Below are positions 63,146 through 64,000 of a stretch of DNA of 64,000 bases, in pieces. The DNA is taken from positions 32,364,001 through 32,428,000 of the forward strand of contig JBHGNT010000001.1 in assembly GCA_043228905.1 (NCBI GenBank), written 5' to 3'. This DNA is from Azolla caroliniana (taxonomy: Eukaryota > Plantae > Polypodiophyta). Positions within the stretch are counted from its first letter, which is position 1; every line of letters starts with the position of its first letter. The translations under genes and the position numbers were made by a program. The notes under the pieces are model-generated. The model saw nothing but the letters and a program-made list of their open reading frames with translations, ran no database searches and was not told the DNA's origin.

Positions 63146-64000
63146 CATTCTATTCATCATTTTAAGCCACGTATTTTGCAAAAAGAAACATCTTTATTCA
63201 AACATTTTGGGTTAAAGTTAGATATAAGCAAACATTGGAAAAATGTGTATACAATAATTTTCCTATGCTTTCATGGTATCTAGCCACGTGACTCTAAATT
63301 ATACTATTTCACACGGGGTATCTCTCTGTTTTAACTTTGATGTATAGTTGGTTGTGGATCTTGAGAGGGTCTTGTAGAATGGCAAGTATGTGTCAAGCTT
63401 AGAAAGTAGATAAAAAGTTGGCATTGCTACATTTCGCACAAACAATAATTGATCATGTTCTTTTCACTACGGGCATAAGTTGTTACATAGAATATGAAAA
63501 GAAATGAATCGATGAGTAAAGGATAAAAAGGAAAATAGAAAGTGGTCAAATATGTGTAGACAAGTTCACTAGAAATGTAGTAGATTATATAATCGACACA
63601 AATTTCCAAAATACCACATTAACTTCATGTAGATTTCCAATATTGGTAATTCTACTATTCCATTTGGAAGTACATCGCAATAGTTAGTTTTACTTTGTAT
63701 TTCATTCAAATGTAGATTTCTATTGATAGGTATCCTTTCTTTCCTATTCCATTTAGAAGTAACGTAACATGTTAATCTCATGTATCACGTAATATTTGCA
63801 AAGCTAGTGTTTCATGTTATCAAAATGTAAGATAACATTAAAACACCGGGTTTTGTCCAATGTCAACAATTCAAGGACAATTAATAGTTTTTTGACCCAT
63901 AAGTAAGTCTAGTAGAAGAAAAGAAGACAGTTGGGAAGAGGGTTTTTAAAAGAAAAAAAGCAAGGTAAGCACAACCATATGTCTCTAGACATATTTCATG

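Overview
AT-rich, microsatellite-rich land-plant nuclear DNA. The style of the LINE, copia and PPR relics suggests a seed-free plant such as a fern; this is inference only. Four spliced or intact host genes can be built with GT-AG junctions that keep frame: a divergent GROWTH-REGULATING FACTOR (+, 21719-24445, 4 exons, 763 aa), a CTL/MBR-type RING-H2 E3 ligase (-, 41726-39010, 5 coding exons, 675 aa), a secreted GDSL esterase/lipase (-, 53199-51023, 6 exons, 376 aa) and an intronless RMA/RNF5-type RING-HC ligase (+, 62246-63145). The rest is mostly retroelement debris. It includes at least 7 L1-clade LINE pieces, with two LINE-in-LINE nests and a 71-bp tail-only insertion, each delimited by a target-site duplication (TSD). 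A two-LTR Ty1/copia element (55423-60478) lacks RT/RNase H and contains a nested 1009-bp TG...CA element with 13-bp inverted ends and a 4-bp TSD. The most interesting observations are: (1) the nested element carries a tRNA-type Pol III A/B-box cassette and paired RY palindromes beside its TATA box; (2) all three PPR relics are followed by the same LINE-like 3' tail, hinting at LINE-assisted mobilisation of PPR modules; (3) the GRF lacks the miR396 site and has an altered QLQ domain.
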